From assembly GCA_964106915.2 (NCBI GenBank), contig OZ066921.1: DNA of 64,000 nt; one strand, 5' to 3'. This document shows positions 1 to 12,169 of this stretch, piece by piece. Numbering within the stretch: the stretch's first letter is position 1; every line of letters starts with the position of its first letter. The stretch comes from Podarcis gaigeae. Lineage: Eukaryota. The notes beneath the pieces were generated by a model. The model made no database searches. It was not told the DNA's origin and was given only the letters and a program-made list of their open reading frames with translations. The position numbers and the translations under genes are program-made.

Positions 1-194
1 TAAACCCACCCAGCAACAATTTAAAAAAAAATCAGTGCAACGTGACCAACGTATGTCAATAACCAATGACCAGTTCACTGCCCGTAAAGCACTGCCTACC
101 CCCCAAAAGCTTGGCCCAGTTAGTTGCCATCAAAGTTGGCAAGATCAATGATGGTTAAAAACACAGGGTGTCCATGATGATTAAGTATATTATG

Positions 195-363
195 AACATA
201 GGAAGCTGTGTTCTATTGAGTCCGACCATTGGTTGGTCTCTGGCAGCAGCTCTCCAAGTTTTCAGGTAGGGGTCTCTCCCAGCCCTACCTGAAGATGCCC
301 AAGATTGACCTGAGGACCTTCCATGTGCAAAACAGATGCCCTGCCATTGACATATGGCCCTTC
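195..363 (-). mobile_element. tRNA-Ala-derived SINE with CR1-like 3' end
   Basis: Reverse complement of the family seen at 10708 and 55765: GAACATAGGAAGCTG...GAGTCCGACCATTGG...GGCAGCAGCTCTCC...CCCAGCCCTACCTG. Confidence 0.65.
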
Positions 364-478
364 CCTAACCACAGCCAGGTTTTATTGAGATATTATATAA
401 AAGAACTGCAGGTTATTCTTCATGTCTGTCCCTGCTCTAATTCCTGCTCTGCTCTCACTGCCATGTCACTTGCAACAG

Positions 479-602
479 CACCTGCAGGAAGACCTTGCAG
501 AGCACCAAGTGCCTGTAGAGAGGCTTCAGAAGGCAGCTCGGTCCCTCTTGGAAATACACGAAGCGCCCTTACCTGATCACAGAGGCATTCAGGAAACCAC
601 AG
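479..602 (+). CDS. MACF1: MACF1 coding exon (HLQEDLAEHQVPVERLQK...IQETT), phase 0/1
   Basis: Acceptor tgcaacAG|CAC, donor ACAG|GTAAGG; spectrin-repeat peptide. Confidence 0.9.
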
Positions 603-889
603 GTAAGGATGGAAAGAGCTGCTTTCTGGCCCTTGTTGTTCTGTGGACTTCCCAGGGGGGTTCTGGAAATGGGAAGGTGTTGTTTGAGATCACCACCTCC
701 AGCATCAAAGTGGCTTGGGCTGGCCAGCTCTGAGAAGTAACATTTCTCGGCCTCCTTAGTTGGCCTTTTACACATCTGAGTGATTTGTGGCAGCTGGACC
801 CCACACGATCTATGGGGTACTGTACTGGAAGCCCTCCACCCATTTTAATTTTCCACACCCGGTTTGTAATGGATTTGGTTCTCCCTCAG

Positions 890-1098
890 ATTCCCTCGTG
901 AGCCGTTTCCAGAACCTATCCTGTCAGATGGCAGAACGCTCAGACCTCTTGCAGAAGTCCATTGCCCAGTCCCAAAGTGTGCAGGAGGGGCTGGAGAGCC
1001 TCCTTCAGTCCGTGGCTGAGGTAGAGAGGAACCTCCAGAAGGAAGACGTGGCTGCTTTCTCCTCCACCTCCATCCAGGAGACCCTCGCCACAAACATG
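890..1098 (+). CDS. MACF1: MACF1 coding exon (DSLVSRFQNL...LATNM), phase 1/0
   Basis: Acceptor ctccctcAG|AT, donor ATG|GTAAGC. Confidence 0.93.
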
Positions 1099-1355
1099 GT
1101 AAGCTGGGGTTTGTATTTGCTTTCTGTCCATGGTTTTCTTCCCAAATATTTCTGTGCAGGATAGACTAAAGTATTTTTATGCACACTTTGGAATGCACCA
1201 AAATTGCACTGCAAAAGCAAGAAACATGCATAGTCCAACTGGGAGTTGCGTTCCAATCCACAATGAAGTTCAGGATTGGGTCAGTTGGCTGTGAAAAGAA
1301 TTCCTTCCCCCCAATCCTTATGTCTGCCTGCCTGCCCTTGTGTGTCCATTAACAG

Positions 1356-1673
1356 AAGCTGAAGCAGGACATCGCCAGGCAAAAGAGCAGCCTCGAAGCC
1401 ACCCGGGAGATGGTGACCCGCTTCATGGAGACCGCCGACAGTGCCACAGCTGCCGCTCTGCAGAGCAAGCTGGCCGAGGTGACGGAGCGCTTTGGCAGCC
1501 TTTGCCGGCAGCAGCAGGAGAAAGAGGACGCCTTGAAGGGTCTCCTCCCCAAGGTGGAGCAGTATGAGCACCTCTCTGAGAAACTGCATCAGTTCATGGA
1601 GAGCAGGATGCGGCTGTTGGCCTCAGGAAACCAGCCTGATCGTGACATTGCTCACTTCTCCCAACAGATCCAG
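1356..1673 (+). CDS. MACF1: MACF1 coding exon (KLKQDIARQKSSLEATREMVTRF...FSQQIQ), phase 0/0
   Basis: Acceptor taacAG|AAG, donor CAG|GTGAGA; 318 nt. Confidence 0.93.
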
Positions 1674-1734
1674 GTGAGAAGCTGAAGAATGATGGTGGTG
1701 GAGAGAGATAGAGAGGAGTGATGGGGGAGCAGGC

Positions 1735-1875
1735 ATAGCTCAGGTGTGGAGCCACAGGATTGTATGCACAGGGGCCTAGGTTCAGTCCCTGGCACTTTGA
1801 GGTGCTAAGCTGGGAAATGCCTTTGGGGACTTGATGGACCAAAGGTCTGGCTCAGAATAAAGCAGGTTTTACATG
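1735..1875 (+). mobile_element. Degenerate tRNA-Ala-derived SINE
   Basis: TAGCTCAG...AGGTTCAGTCCCTGGCA...GATGGACCAAAGGTCTGGCTCAGAATAAAGCAG. Confidence 0.55.
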
Positions 1876-2587
1876 CATGGGAATGCAGCATGAACACTGA
1901 AAACGAGGGCTCGTTTGTAATCCTGATTGCTGGGGGAGAATGTGTGTGAGAGAGCAAGATGGAGGAGGGAAGGAGTTTGTGAATAAGTGAGTGTCTCTTA
2001 TGTGGGTGGGTGTGTAAGTGAGGGAGTGTGGGGTGGATCCACTCAGCTGCCTTTGCATTGGCCCTGCCTGTTGCTAGCATGTGGCCTTTCAATGTTAACA
2101 AGGATGGAATATGGCCTTCAAATTGCCCTTAACTTAAAAGTTCTATACTCCACCTTTCCTCATTGGAAGCTCAAGGTGGCTAACAGTACAATCAAACCAT
2201 ATATTGACAATTGACTTTCACTGATAGGAGCCTTTTAATGCACACTTTACCTGGTATATGCAATTTGAACACTTGGTTAGCTAACTGCAAAATTTAGAAA
2301 AGTGTGAATTTCAAAGGATGGCTGCATTTTGGCTTGTATGTTGTTTTGGGAAGTGCAAATTTGGTAGAATTGCCTTTCAGCATGAACTGAATAAAATTTA
2401 TTCACACACACATATCCCTTCTGCCTCCCCAGACCACTCACACATGGCTTCCAGGAGCTGACATGAGCTGTGCAGTCTCCATTGGCAGCTTTCTGTAGTG
2501 AATTTGTCCCATATGCTTGGACCTGTGTGTTGGGCACTGCTCTTTGTTCTAATGGCAACATTGCATCCACCCCTGTTTTGTTGCCAG

Positions 2588-2757
2588 GAACTGAATTCTG
2601 AGATGAAGCAGCACCACGAGGACTTGGACACATTGGAGCATCTGACCACGGAGCTGAGCTCTTGTGGTTTTGCAGCAGCAAGCTCCTCCTCACACCAGGA
2701 GAAGGTGCACAGTTTGCGGAAAGACTTCATGCAGTTGCAGAAAGCAGCAAGGGAACG
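2588..2757 (+). CDS. MACF1: MACF1 coding exon (ELNSEMKQHHEDLDTLEHL...AARE), phase 0/2
   Basis: Acceptor ttgccAG|GAA, donor ACG|GTAAGG. Confidence 0.92.
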
Positions 2758-4013
2758 GTAAGGGGTGCTCTTTGCTGCTCTGTGATACAAAGGTGGTGAT
2801 GAGCAGATGCTCTGCAGCTCAGGGGTAGAGCATCTGCTCTGCATGCAGAAGGACCGAGGGTTGTGCTACATGCACAAGAGACAGTGCAAGTGGCCCTGCA
2901 TCTTGTCCTTTATGGAGGTGGAAGGAAGCCAAGATCCAGCTTCATAATATGGCTCCTTAAGTTGTAAAATTCCTTTCCTGCCAGTGTGGTTTCCAAACAA
3001 TGTGGCTGGTGCTTAGTCGTGAATTTTTGCTCAATAGAAATTCACAGCAGTTGGAGAAGGAATGTCAAAACCAACATGTGTCTAAAGCTTGGTTCTCCTT
3101 TGTTGTTGTTGTTAATGAGGGCTGCTTTGACTTTTTTGCAGAGGTCATGTTTTGGAGGGAGTTGTCTGGTTTTTTTTGGGGGGGGGGAGTTGTCTGTTCT
3201 TTGGAGTGGAGGATGTCTGAGCATCATTAGTGTTTCTTCTATGGAATGAGTGTTTTCTCGTGCCTGTGATAGCTTCTTAGATTTCCAAATGTGTCCCTGG
3301 GACTACAAAGTTGGAGGACCCCCCCCCCCAATCTAAACTCACAGCCTGACAAAGACATGTCAAGGCAATGCTTTTCCTGGGAACACCAAGTTTATTTTCT
3401 TTCTCTGCTAGTGGTAGTGAGTTAAAACCTACTTACCTCACACCAGAGACAGAGGCAGAGAGAAGGTTGAAGAACAAAGCTGTCATAAACTGACATTTTG
3501 ATAACTTGAAGGTTTCGGGAAGGGTGTAGGCCATCTCTGCCTCAGTGTTTTCTCAGCATGACTGGGAGGTGGTGGTTGGCTTTGCAGAATTTACTTAACA
3601 GGAGAACTTGGTCTAAATGTCTGCTCACTTTTCTGTGGTGGGTGGATAACCTTGTTAGGGCCTGATCAGCCAGGAACGAAGAACAGAGCGTGAAGAGGCT
3701 GATATTTCCTTTCAGTCCTTAATCCATTGGACTGAGCAACAATGTCCCAAATAGGTGGTCCAGTGTTGCAGAAGGAGCAGTAACAATACTTGGCATATGC
3801 AGGTGTTAAGTGCACTTTTCTCATAATTCCTTACACAGCAGCGCTGCAAGGCAGGCCATGTTAACACATTTTGGGAGCAGGAGCTGAGGTTGAGCCTGCT
3901 GTGGTTGCAGACTTCTCGGCGACTTAGAATTCATCTGATAGAATGCATGCTAGGAAAAGAGCTAGCAGAGCTAACCCACTTTTTTACCTACCTCCTTTCT
4001 CTCCACTTCCCAG

Positions 4014-4170
4014 AGAGAAGGGCGCATCCTCCTGCCAAGAACAGTTGGACGAATTCCGAAAACTGGTTGAATCCATCAAGCAGTGGCTGAAAGAAACAGA
4101 GGCGACTATCCCAGCCACAGAGGCTTCTTTGGGCACCCATGAGTTGGAGAAGCGGATGCAGCAAATTGAG
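4014..4170 (+). CDS. MACF1: MACF1 coding exon (EKGASSCQEQLDEFRKLV...MQQIE), phase 2/0
   Basis: Pyrimidine tract then cccAG|A, donor GAG|GTGGGC. Confidence 0.92.
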
Positions 4171-4531
4171 GTGGGCAGAGAAAGAAGGAAAGAGTCCCAG
4201 AGCCTGCTAGGGAAGATGTGCTCTTGAGGGAGGGAGATCACAACAGCATAAACAGAAGAGCTTCACTGCATCTGGGTTGATGGTCTGAATAGAGGCTAGT
4301 TTCCTCTGAAACTGCAACAAATACAGGAAGCTCTTGGGGGGGCCCTCTCTTGTAGGCTTTCTCTAGTCTTCCCGGGTTCCTATAGCTAGAGCTGTGGTGT
4401 ACTCTGTGAATGAACAAATCACAATTCTGCACCTCGCCCAAAATTAATCTTGAGATCTGGGTTGTGGCATTGTTAAAATGATATTTGTCTTTTGTTCTAT
4501 CAGGTAGCCTCTGAATGCAGAGCGGTGTGGT

Positions 4532-4783
4532 GAGAGCCAGTGTGGTGTAGTGGTTAAGAGCGGTAGTCTCGTAATCTGGGGAACTGGGTTCGTGTCTCCG
4601 CTCCTCCACATGCAGCTGCTGGGTGACCTTGGGCTAGTCACACTTCTCTGAAGTCTCTCAGCCCCACTCACCTCACAGAGTGTTTGTTGTGGGGGAGGAA
4701 GGGAAAGGAGAATGTTAGCCGCTTTGAGACTCCTTAAAGGGAGTGAAAGGCGGGATATCAAATCCAAACTCTCCTTCTTCTTT
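4532..4783 (+). mobile_element. tRNA-derived CORE-type SINE (Squam3-like), young full-length copy
   Basis: A-box TGGTGTAGTGG, B-box-like GGTTCGTGTCTCC, CORE-like GGGTGACCTTGGGCTAGTCAC, CTT-rich tail. Confidence 0.8.
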
Positions 4784-5732
4784 ATAAATTTTGCAGTTAG
4801 CTAATTAAATTAAATTAACTCAAAAGGCTGCCCAGGTGGGTGATGCATCCCAAATGCTGGGCAGACACACCTGTTAAGCATCAGCAAGACTATTGTGTGC
4901 CTTCAGGCCGTGCCCTGGGCCATTGCAGGTTTATATCAGTTTGCTTGTTTTGCAAAATATATTCTGCTTCTGAGGTTGACCTGAGGCAAAGAGATATGCA
5001 GAGCACCAGGCTCCAGTTCCTGAGTACTAGAAATTCTGCTTGCCCTTTCCCAACATGACAACTGGGACTGAGGGGAGTCAGTATCCAAAACATCTGGAGA
5101 CCACCAGGTTGGCAAAAGCTGCTCTGCCCCTCCCCGCTTTTCTGTTGAGACTTGGCAGGATTATGGCCATCTATTCAGGCCTGTCTTCACATCATTATGG
5201 GTTCTGAAAGAAAACATGGAAGCTGAAGTTCTCCAGATGTTGGGTTTTTGCATCCAATAGTACTTTATGCAGTGGAACTGGTGGAGGATACCTTTCCCTG
5301 GGGCCCAGCCTGGTGTTTCAGGAATTGCCTCCTTCCATAGAAAACTACCTGAGAACTTTGTGCTGTGGCCCCTTCTTTATGTTTCCTGCTCCCCCTTCAC
5401 CCATCAGTAGGTAGGGATAAGAGAGAGGTCTTTCTTGGGTTGTGGCATCCAAATTACAGCATCTCTGGTCCCTTGATTGCCCAGCCTTAGGCAGGCATTG
5501 AAAACACACTTGTTTTGCTGGGCATTTTACATTATTTAAATCTGTTCTGATAGTTTCCCATGTTCTAACGTTATGTCATTTGTTGTTCTGACAAATTTGT
5601 AAGCCGCTGTAAGTATTCACTTGATGTTAAGAGGATAGATCAGATATAAATGTGCACCAGTGCCAGCCAAGTCTTGGGATGCCCTACTTGCCTATGGCCA
5701 CCTTCTGATGCCTGACTGTGATCTCTTAACAG

Positions 5733-5850
5733 GTGATCTTGGAAGAATGGACAGGGAAAGGAGTTCTTGTGGATGAGATCAACCGCAGGGGGACAGCCTT
5801 GGAGAGTCTGATAGTTGAGATTACAGCTCCTGATGCCCAGTCCAAATCAG
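5733..5850 (+). CDS. MACF1: MACF1 coding exon (VILEEWTGKGVLVDEINRRG...APDAQSKS), phase 0/1
   Basis: Acceptor ttaacAG|GTG, donor CAG|GTGGGT; translated by hand (not in the ORF track on +). Confidence 0.9.
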
Positions 5851-6226
5851 GTGGGTGAGAGAGACAGACAGGGGCACATGTCTTCAAAGCTGTTTGGAGA
5901 CCACAGAGACAGCACAGTCCTTCCTCCACTTTGGGAGCCCTCCTGACTTCAGTTGCTGATTTGTCCAAACCATAGAAACTTGAGGTGTGTGGCAGGGGGT
6001 GGATTGGGGAATAAGCCATAAGGCTTGTCCTGATTCAGCATTTCTGCACTCTGCATAAGATCTTGGAAGATCTCGCCCATTTCTGGCATTCTTGTTTTGC
6101 GTTCACATTGATGGTCAGAGGCGATGTGGTGGAGCACTTCAGTCCCCAGGCTACCTTTGTTAAAGGATCTCAAGAAGACCCATTTCTGCCTGAAACTTCA
6201 GCTGTAGTTCTCTATTCCAAGTAGAG

Positions 6227-6355
6227 CAGCCTTCACCAACCTGGTGCCTTCCTGATGTCTTGAACTACAACTCCCATCAGCCCCAACCATACTAGCTGGG
6301 GCAGATGGGAATTTTAGTCCAAAATATCTGGAGGGCACCAAGTAGGTGAAGGTTG
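6227..6355. mobile_element. Palindromic ~130-bp MITE (representative copy of a family with >=12 copies in window)
   Basis: CAGCCTTCACCAACCTGGTGCC...ACTACAACTCCCATCAGCCCCA / TGGGGCAGATGGGAATTTTAGTCC...GGCACCAAGTAGGTGAAGGTTG, an end-to-end inverted repeat. Confidence 0.75.
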
Positions 6356-7126
6356 CTCTATTTATTTAATTATACTCATTTTGGGATTTTTATACTGCCC
6401 TTCATCCATGATTCCAGGGATTTTTGCAGCACGTAAAGCAGCAAAATACAGCAAGTTGCTATAAAAAGTCAAAAAAAATCAATAAAAGAATAAGCAGAGC
6501 AGCAGAAAACCAGAATTTCAAGTAGTAAAACATTTTAAAAGCCTAGCAGACTAAAAAGGAAAAAAGATGAAGACTTGCATGACCCCATAGTATAAATGAC
6601 ACAGGGCTGAGCAGTTGTCCCCCAGCGCCATCTTCTGGAAATCACCAGAAGTGGAGTGAAACCACTGGATGGCCATACCCACAACTCCTAACCTATAGAG
6701 GCGACCTAGAACATACAAGAAGTCATGAGTGGTCCTGGATATTCAGTACGGTAGCACTTTTCCATCACTCTCTTGACATAAATAATTTATCAGGGTGACC
6801 AATCTGGTTTCTATGCCAAAACCCAGATTGAATTGGGGGCTTGTCCATCCTGGAGTTTATGGTGTTTTTGCAGCTGTTTGCGTCTCCATTTAATACGTGT
6901 AACCCTTCGACAAGATTAAATTCAATACTTCTTCCCTTGCAGGAAATTAGATTCCAAACCACTCCACTTGCGGTCGCTGACCATTTGTTTTGGTATTTTT
7001 GGGTGGTTAGATTAATTGTCACTTTTTGCTTTTCCATGCCCACAACTTCCTCAGTGTTTTCGTTGCTTTTCCAGATGTTTTTGCAACTTTCCCCAGAAAA
7101 CTCCAGAAGAGAACTTTTTTTCTTTT

Positions 7127-7335
7127 GATCATAGAATCTTAGAGTTGGAAGGTACCCAGGGGTCATCTAGTCCACCCCCTGCAATACAGGAATCTTCGCA
7201 AAAGCATCCATGACAGATCCAACCTCTGCTTAAAAACCTCCAAGGAAGGAGATTCCACCACTTCTCGTGGCACTCTGTTCCACTGCCAAACAGCTCTTAC
7301 TGACCAGAAAGTTTTTCCGAATGCTTAGTCAGATT
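7127..7335 (-). mobile_element. CR1 LINE 3' end fragment
   Basis: ATCATAGAATC (reverse of the ATTCTATG-type terminus), GAGTTGGAAGG...GGTCATCTAGTCCA, TTCCACTG...ACAGCTCTTACTG. Confidence 0.75.
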
Positions 7336-8142
7336 TGCACAAAACCAGAAAACTGCACAAGCAAACCACATTAAAAATGGCTACAACAGATATCTTGTGC
7401 AGCAACCTAAAAAGTGTGTGCTGAGAATTATCAATGGCTTTCATTTCTTTTCCACCCTGCTGGTAAGGGCATGTCAGGAGCTTAACCCTATATATGCCCC
7501 TTCTTTCCCTCCCTATTTTCCTTTTGATCCCCTCGATTGCACAAAACCAGAAAAGTGTGAGAGAGAATTTACAGTTGCCTGACTGTGCTTTTGCATATTG
7601 CTTGGGTGGGCTGGTTTTTTTAAAGAACAAGGTGTCCATGCAGCTTTCAGCAACATGCCCTGTTGGTACTTAATTAGCATAATAGAATCAACAAATTAGA
7701 AGGCAGGGATGGCCACGAAAGGAAATGCCTTTTGGGGATGAATAGGGATGACTGAAGTTGTTCCTCAAGTACAAATTCAAATGTGTGCAGGTGTGGATCA
7801 CTCTGCTCTGATTTGAATGAGGTGGGGGAGTGGATTAATAGCTAAATAATACTCAAATGTGGCAGTTGTGTGGTCACCATCTGCTCAAGCACCTTGCTCA
7901 GGAAGAGGATGTTCCCTAGTGTCTAACAGGTGTTATCCATCCTTGAGGCCTAAGGTGACTTTGGTTTTCAAGAGACCTTCTCTCCTAAAAGCCATCAATT
8001 GCCACCTGGATGCAGGCAGTTCATTTTCTTCTTCTCCTAGATGTAATTATCCATGAAGGGCAAGGGATGAGCAAGCATGACGTAGGCGACACCTCTACAC
8101 GCCCCTTGTCTGAATCTTCAGGTTGCAGCAGCTGACTGCTAC

Positions 8143-8362
8143 AAAGTGGTAGAGCACATGCTTTGTGTGAACCACTCTGAGATCAATGGGAGAAGGGCAG
8201 TATATAAATTAAAATAACTAAAAAATGCTTAGTGTGCAGAAGCTCCCATTTTTAATCTCTGGTGTCTCCAGGGAGGGTTGGTGAAACGCTCCTGCCTGAA
8301 ACCACGGAAAGCCTGCTGATGGACCAATGGTCCAACTTTCTATAAGGTAGCTTCTACTGTTC
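8143..8362 (+). mobile_element. tRNA-Ala-derived SINE, interrupted by a short L2-like tail
   Basis: GTGGTAGAGCACATGCTTTG head ... CCTGCCTGAAACC...GATGGACCAATGGTCC...TATAAGGTAGCTTC. Confidence 0.55.
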
Positions 8363-9677
8363 CAGTGAACTCACAAGACCCGAGCAGACAGAGTCCTGGA
8401 CATGCCCTTTGTCTGAATTGCTTGTGGCAACTAGGACTGTGAACTCAGTTCAGCCTTTGCTCTGAAAGCAAATTCCTTCGCTCAGAATATGCTTCTCTTT
8501 CGGTCTCACTGTGTATCTTTTGCACCTGGCTCTGTTAGTAGATCTTGGGGGTTTATTAGACCTCACAAACCTGAAGTCTGCCCTCCTGTTCTCTGAACCA
8601 TATATAGCTCCCCCTGGTATTTGGTTCCCAGGACTCAATAAAATGCGGGGGAAGAAGTATTGAGAAAACTGTATGGTCTTGTGCTGTGCTAATTTTGTTT
8701 ATGCTGAGGCTTTTTTCTCCCAGTCACATCCATCATTCTAAAATGAATTGTGGCTCAATTTGTGCATGAATTGGGCAACATAATAGCCGCCCAAATACTG
8801 CTTTTGTGTTGTTGGCTCCGCACTTTACAGTGTTAATATATGCAAAGGTCAGTCACATTGGTTTCCCAGGTGACAGGATTACTTCCTGCTGCAGTACCAA
8901 GCCACATGACTTCATGGAGATTGTTCTTTGGTGTCTTCCTTGTTGTTACCCAGGCAACGACAAGGAACTGAGCTTCAGGCAAACAGCGGAAGCTGAGGTT
9001 GTGACAACAATGAACCACATTTGGGGTTGGGATTTTATTTACACACAGCCTTTATCATAGAGAGGTTCCGTGAAATGGCCCACATTTGGGCATATGTGGC
9101 GATATTTTGGTACCAGTGCACAACTTTAATTAAAAACGAACAACAAACCGGGAAGTGCACTAGAGCAAATGTTTTCAGCCAGTTTTCATATTTTGCAATG
9201 GGCATAATGGAGGCTTGTGCTTTTTTGTCTTGTGGGGAGAAATATTCATCTCCATCTGTTTGTTTGTTTTTTGTTTGTTTGTTTTGTTTTGTTTTAAAAA
9301 ATAAAGTCTTATGCAAGAGTGATAAAAAGGTATTGTGCAAGAGTTCTACATTGTTATTATGGATTCTTTAGGCTGATATGTGTACTACAATCACAGTCTC
9401 TTGCTTGCAGAGCTTTTGAGAGAATATCTCCTCTCAACCAGGCATTTGTCCATCAGTGGAAATGAGGGCCTTTTGTTTGACATTGGGGGCTGCCGGAAAC
9501 AAGCTGGTAGAGGTGCACTTGGGTGAGGATCCAGCAGAAGTCAGGTTGTCACAATAGACAATCTCCATGGAAACGTCCCCCCCCAGATGAAACACCCACA
9601 GCAAAAAATGTGCTAATGAGCTTCCACACCAGCAATCACTGCAGAAGTATAATGAGTTATTTCTAACCATATTTCAA

Positions 9678-10039
9678 CAATGGTTCCCACACCTTTTTGG
9701 GCCACTGCCCCCTTGACTCCATAAACTCATCCCCAGTGCCCTGTATCCTACCTTATAAAAAGCATTATTCAGAATAGCAGTTTGCACAACCCACTATAAT
9801 AGCACAATAAAATTCAAAACAGGAACAATTAATTGCACATTTAATCAAAATCCAATTAAATCTATTTAGTTTAATTAATTCAACAAAATTGATGAACTTG
9901 ATCCAGTAATGCCAGCTTTTCAATGTTTGGTAGTCATTTGCACCTCCAGCGTCCCCCTCACCCCCCACCCATTTGCCTCTTGGCACCCCACTACGCAATC
10001 CTGCTCCCAGGGCAGTATCGCCTACTTTGGGACCCACTG
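9678..10039. mobile_element. Non-autonomous hAT (Charlie-like) DNA transposon
   Basis: Imperfect TIRs CAATGGTTCCCACA and TTTGGGACCCACTG; similar T/A-rich flanks (TATTTCAA, TTTTCAAA); AT-rich interior. Confidence 0.6.
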
Positions 10040-10277
10040 TTTTCAAAAGTTTGGGCTGCCACTTTGATGCTGCTGAAGCTGTCCTGTGGATGCTGTAAAA
10101 ACAGCAACATCCCCTCTCAGGTGTTGGTCTCTGTTTGCACATAGCCCCTTCGTGGCCTCCTAGAAAGGGCTGTATTATGGCTGCAAAGGGCACTGCTTAC
10201 ATGTGTTTTCAGACACCCATATTTCTAACATGTTTTGTCTCTGTCGTTTTGTCTTGTCTCCCTGTTGTTTTGCTCAG

Positions 10278-10340
10278 GTTCTGTGCTGCCCGCTGGGGGA
10301 AGTTCTGTAGGCAGCGTTAATGGATATCACACCTGCAAAG
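10278..10340 (+). CDS. MACF1: MACF1 63-nt symmetric mini-exon (GSVLPAGGSSVGSVNGYHTCK), phase 1/1
   Basis: Acceptor tgctcAG|GT, donor AAG|GTGAGA; peptide matches the recalled MACF1 segment GSSVGSVNGYHTCK. Confidence 0.9.
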
Positions 10341-10457
10341 GTGAGAGAGCCCAGACTGTTGTGCGTGCTTGTGTGAGTTGTGTCCTGTGGCTGGTGTTGT
10401 CCTGTTGTTCTCTCAAAGTAACAGGGAAGTTGGTAAGGCCGAGGCACATGTTGCTGG

Positions 10458-10650
10458 TTGCCCTGAAGAAGAGCCTGGCTGCTGGATCAGGCCATAGGGG
10501 GCCCATCGAGTCCAGCCCTCTGTTCTCACAGTGGCCAACCAGATGCCCCAATGGGAATCCCACAAGCAGGACTTGAGTATAGTAGCAGCTCTTTCCTACT
10601 GTCTTGTTATTCCCAACAGCTGGTATTCCAATGCATCCTCTATCCTTTAT
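10458..10650 (-). mobile_element. CR1 3' UTR fragment
   Basis: AAGAGCC...CTGGATCAGGCC...CCCATCGAGTCCAGC...TGTTCTCACAGTGGCCAACCAGATGCC. Confidence 0.6.
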
Positions 10651-10707
10651 GGATGGAGATTGTGTTTGGGTGCCCACTGTTGTCCCCTGTATTCAAGGCA
10701 AAATATC

Positions 10708-10851
10708 ACTGGTAGAGCACCTGCCCAGGTTCAATCCCCAGCATCTCCAGGTGGGAAAGTCCTATGCTGGAAACCCTGGAGAGCTGCTGCCAGTTAGTGC
10801 AAGCAACACTGAGTGAGCTGGACCAATGGTCTGACTTGGTATAAAGCAGCT
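10708..10851 (+). mobile_element. tRNA-Ala-derived SINE
   Basis: GGTAGAGCACCTG...CCAGGTTCAATCCCCAGCATCTCCAGG...CCCTGGAGAGCTGCTGCCAG...GGACCAATGGTCTGACTTGGTATAAAGCAGCT. Confidence 0.7.
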
Positions 10852-11577
10852 GGAGAAAAGAAGGTGCTGCTCTAACCCCAGAGCATGTGTCCCCTCTGTT
10901 CAAACTGTGGGGAGGGGAGAGGACATGCTGCAGAGTAAAAACTTTGCAAGGGTCCTTTCCCTCCCCCTACCAAGCCTCACCTGGTGTCCAAGGAGGGATA
11001 CCTTCTCACAACAGTCTGGCTGCTTCACCTCAAACCAAATTGTGCAGCCTGCCTGCTGCTCCTCCGGCCTAGATGGTGGGAGTCAGAGCAAATACTGAGA
11101 ACTTGCAGAAGAAGAGCAAAAGGTTTTTCTGTGTGAGGTGAATATTTTGGGAGAGGGTTTAGAACAGCCTTGCCACAACCTGTTGCTGGACTATATGCAA
11201 CTGGGGCTCATGGGAGTTGTTGGCTAAAACACATGGAGGGCTTATTTCAAGTGCCTTTTGGAATTCGTGTCTGGTCTGTTCTCAAATGCATGGCGAATAA
11301 CTTGGCATTTCCTGTTTCTGTGACTTCATTGGCCCTGCCTTCCTTCAGAATGTATGGAAAGCACACATTTGTATGTATAGCTGGTGTGCCTGTGAACCGC
11401 ACAGGTACAACCGCACAGGTACCCCTGGAATCACCTCAGCTGATCTGCTTAGGTGTCCTGTCTTTGTCCATATGAACACATCTCCAACTTTATCTTTATA
11501 TTACCATCAATATGGAAATGAAATCATTTCTCCATCTCTGATTCAGTCCTCCCCCTCTCTCTTTTTGTTTTGTTTAG

Positions 11578-11819
11578 ATTTGACAGAGATCCAGTGTGAC
11601 GTGTCAGATGTCAACCAGCAGTATGAGGGGCTTGGTGCCACCTTACGGGGGCACCAGGAGCAGCTGTCCTCCATGTTGGCCAAGATGAGAGATGTCCAGG
11701 AGGAGGTGGGCTCCGTGCTGAAGTGGCTGGAGTCAAAGGAGCGGGCCTTGACCGCGCTGGAAGCTTCCTCCTCACCTACCAAGTCAGAGACGATGAGGGC
11801 TCAGGCGGACCATAACAAG
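11578..11819 (+). CDS. MACF1: MACF1 coding exon (DLTEIQCDVSDVN...AQADHNK), phase 1/0
   Basis: Acceptor tgtttAG|AT, weak donor AAG|GTTCCT. Confidence 0.9.
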
Positions 11820-12169
11820 GTTCCTATTGTTATTCATACATACCTTGATATGTACCTCCTCACCTTGTTTGCAGCAGTTCGTGAAAATTTAAGGGGACAA
11901 CGTCCATAAATGAAATAACTTTCAGGGGGGAATATCGCAAAGATATGCAATTTGGAAGTGGTCATTTTTATAGATCTGGCACAGGAGGTACTCTTTTACA
12001 AGGCTGATCTAACTGTTGGTGCTGGTGCACGGCCAGCCACTGAGCTTAATGACAAGAATCTAGTTGCACCGTGACAACCACAGGTGGTTTAAGGCCTTTA
12101 TGCGCAATCCAAAAAACTAAGCAGGGCCCCAGACGTAGCATTAAAAAGGGAGTACAGAAGGGAAAGTGT

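Noticed and set aside
1353-1358. NAGNAG tandem acceptor CAGAAG
   Set aside because: Common, would change a single Lys, and the proximal CAG is normally dominant.
4532-4610. tRNA genes at SINE heads (also 2815, 10708, 21351)
   Set aside because: A/B boxes run on into SINE bodies and tails; no intact cloverleaf.
6565-7120. Compositionally distinct block with a 133-aa minus ORF next to a CR1 end
   Set aside because: Probably a decayed mobile-element piece, but no motif could be recognised in the frames I read; needs a Dfam or BLAST search.
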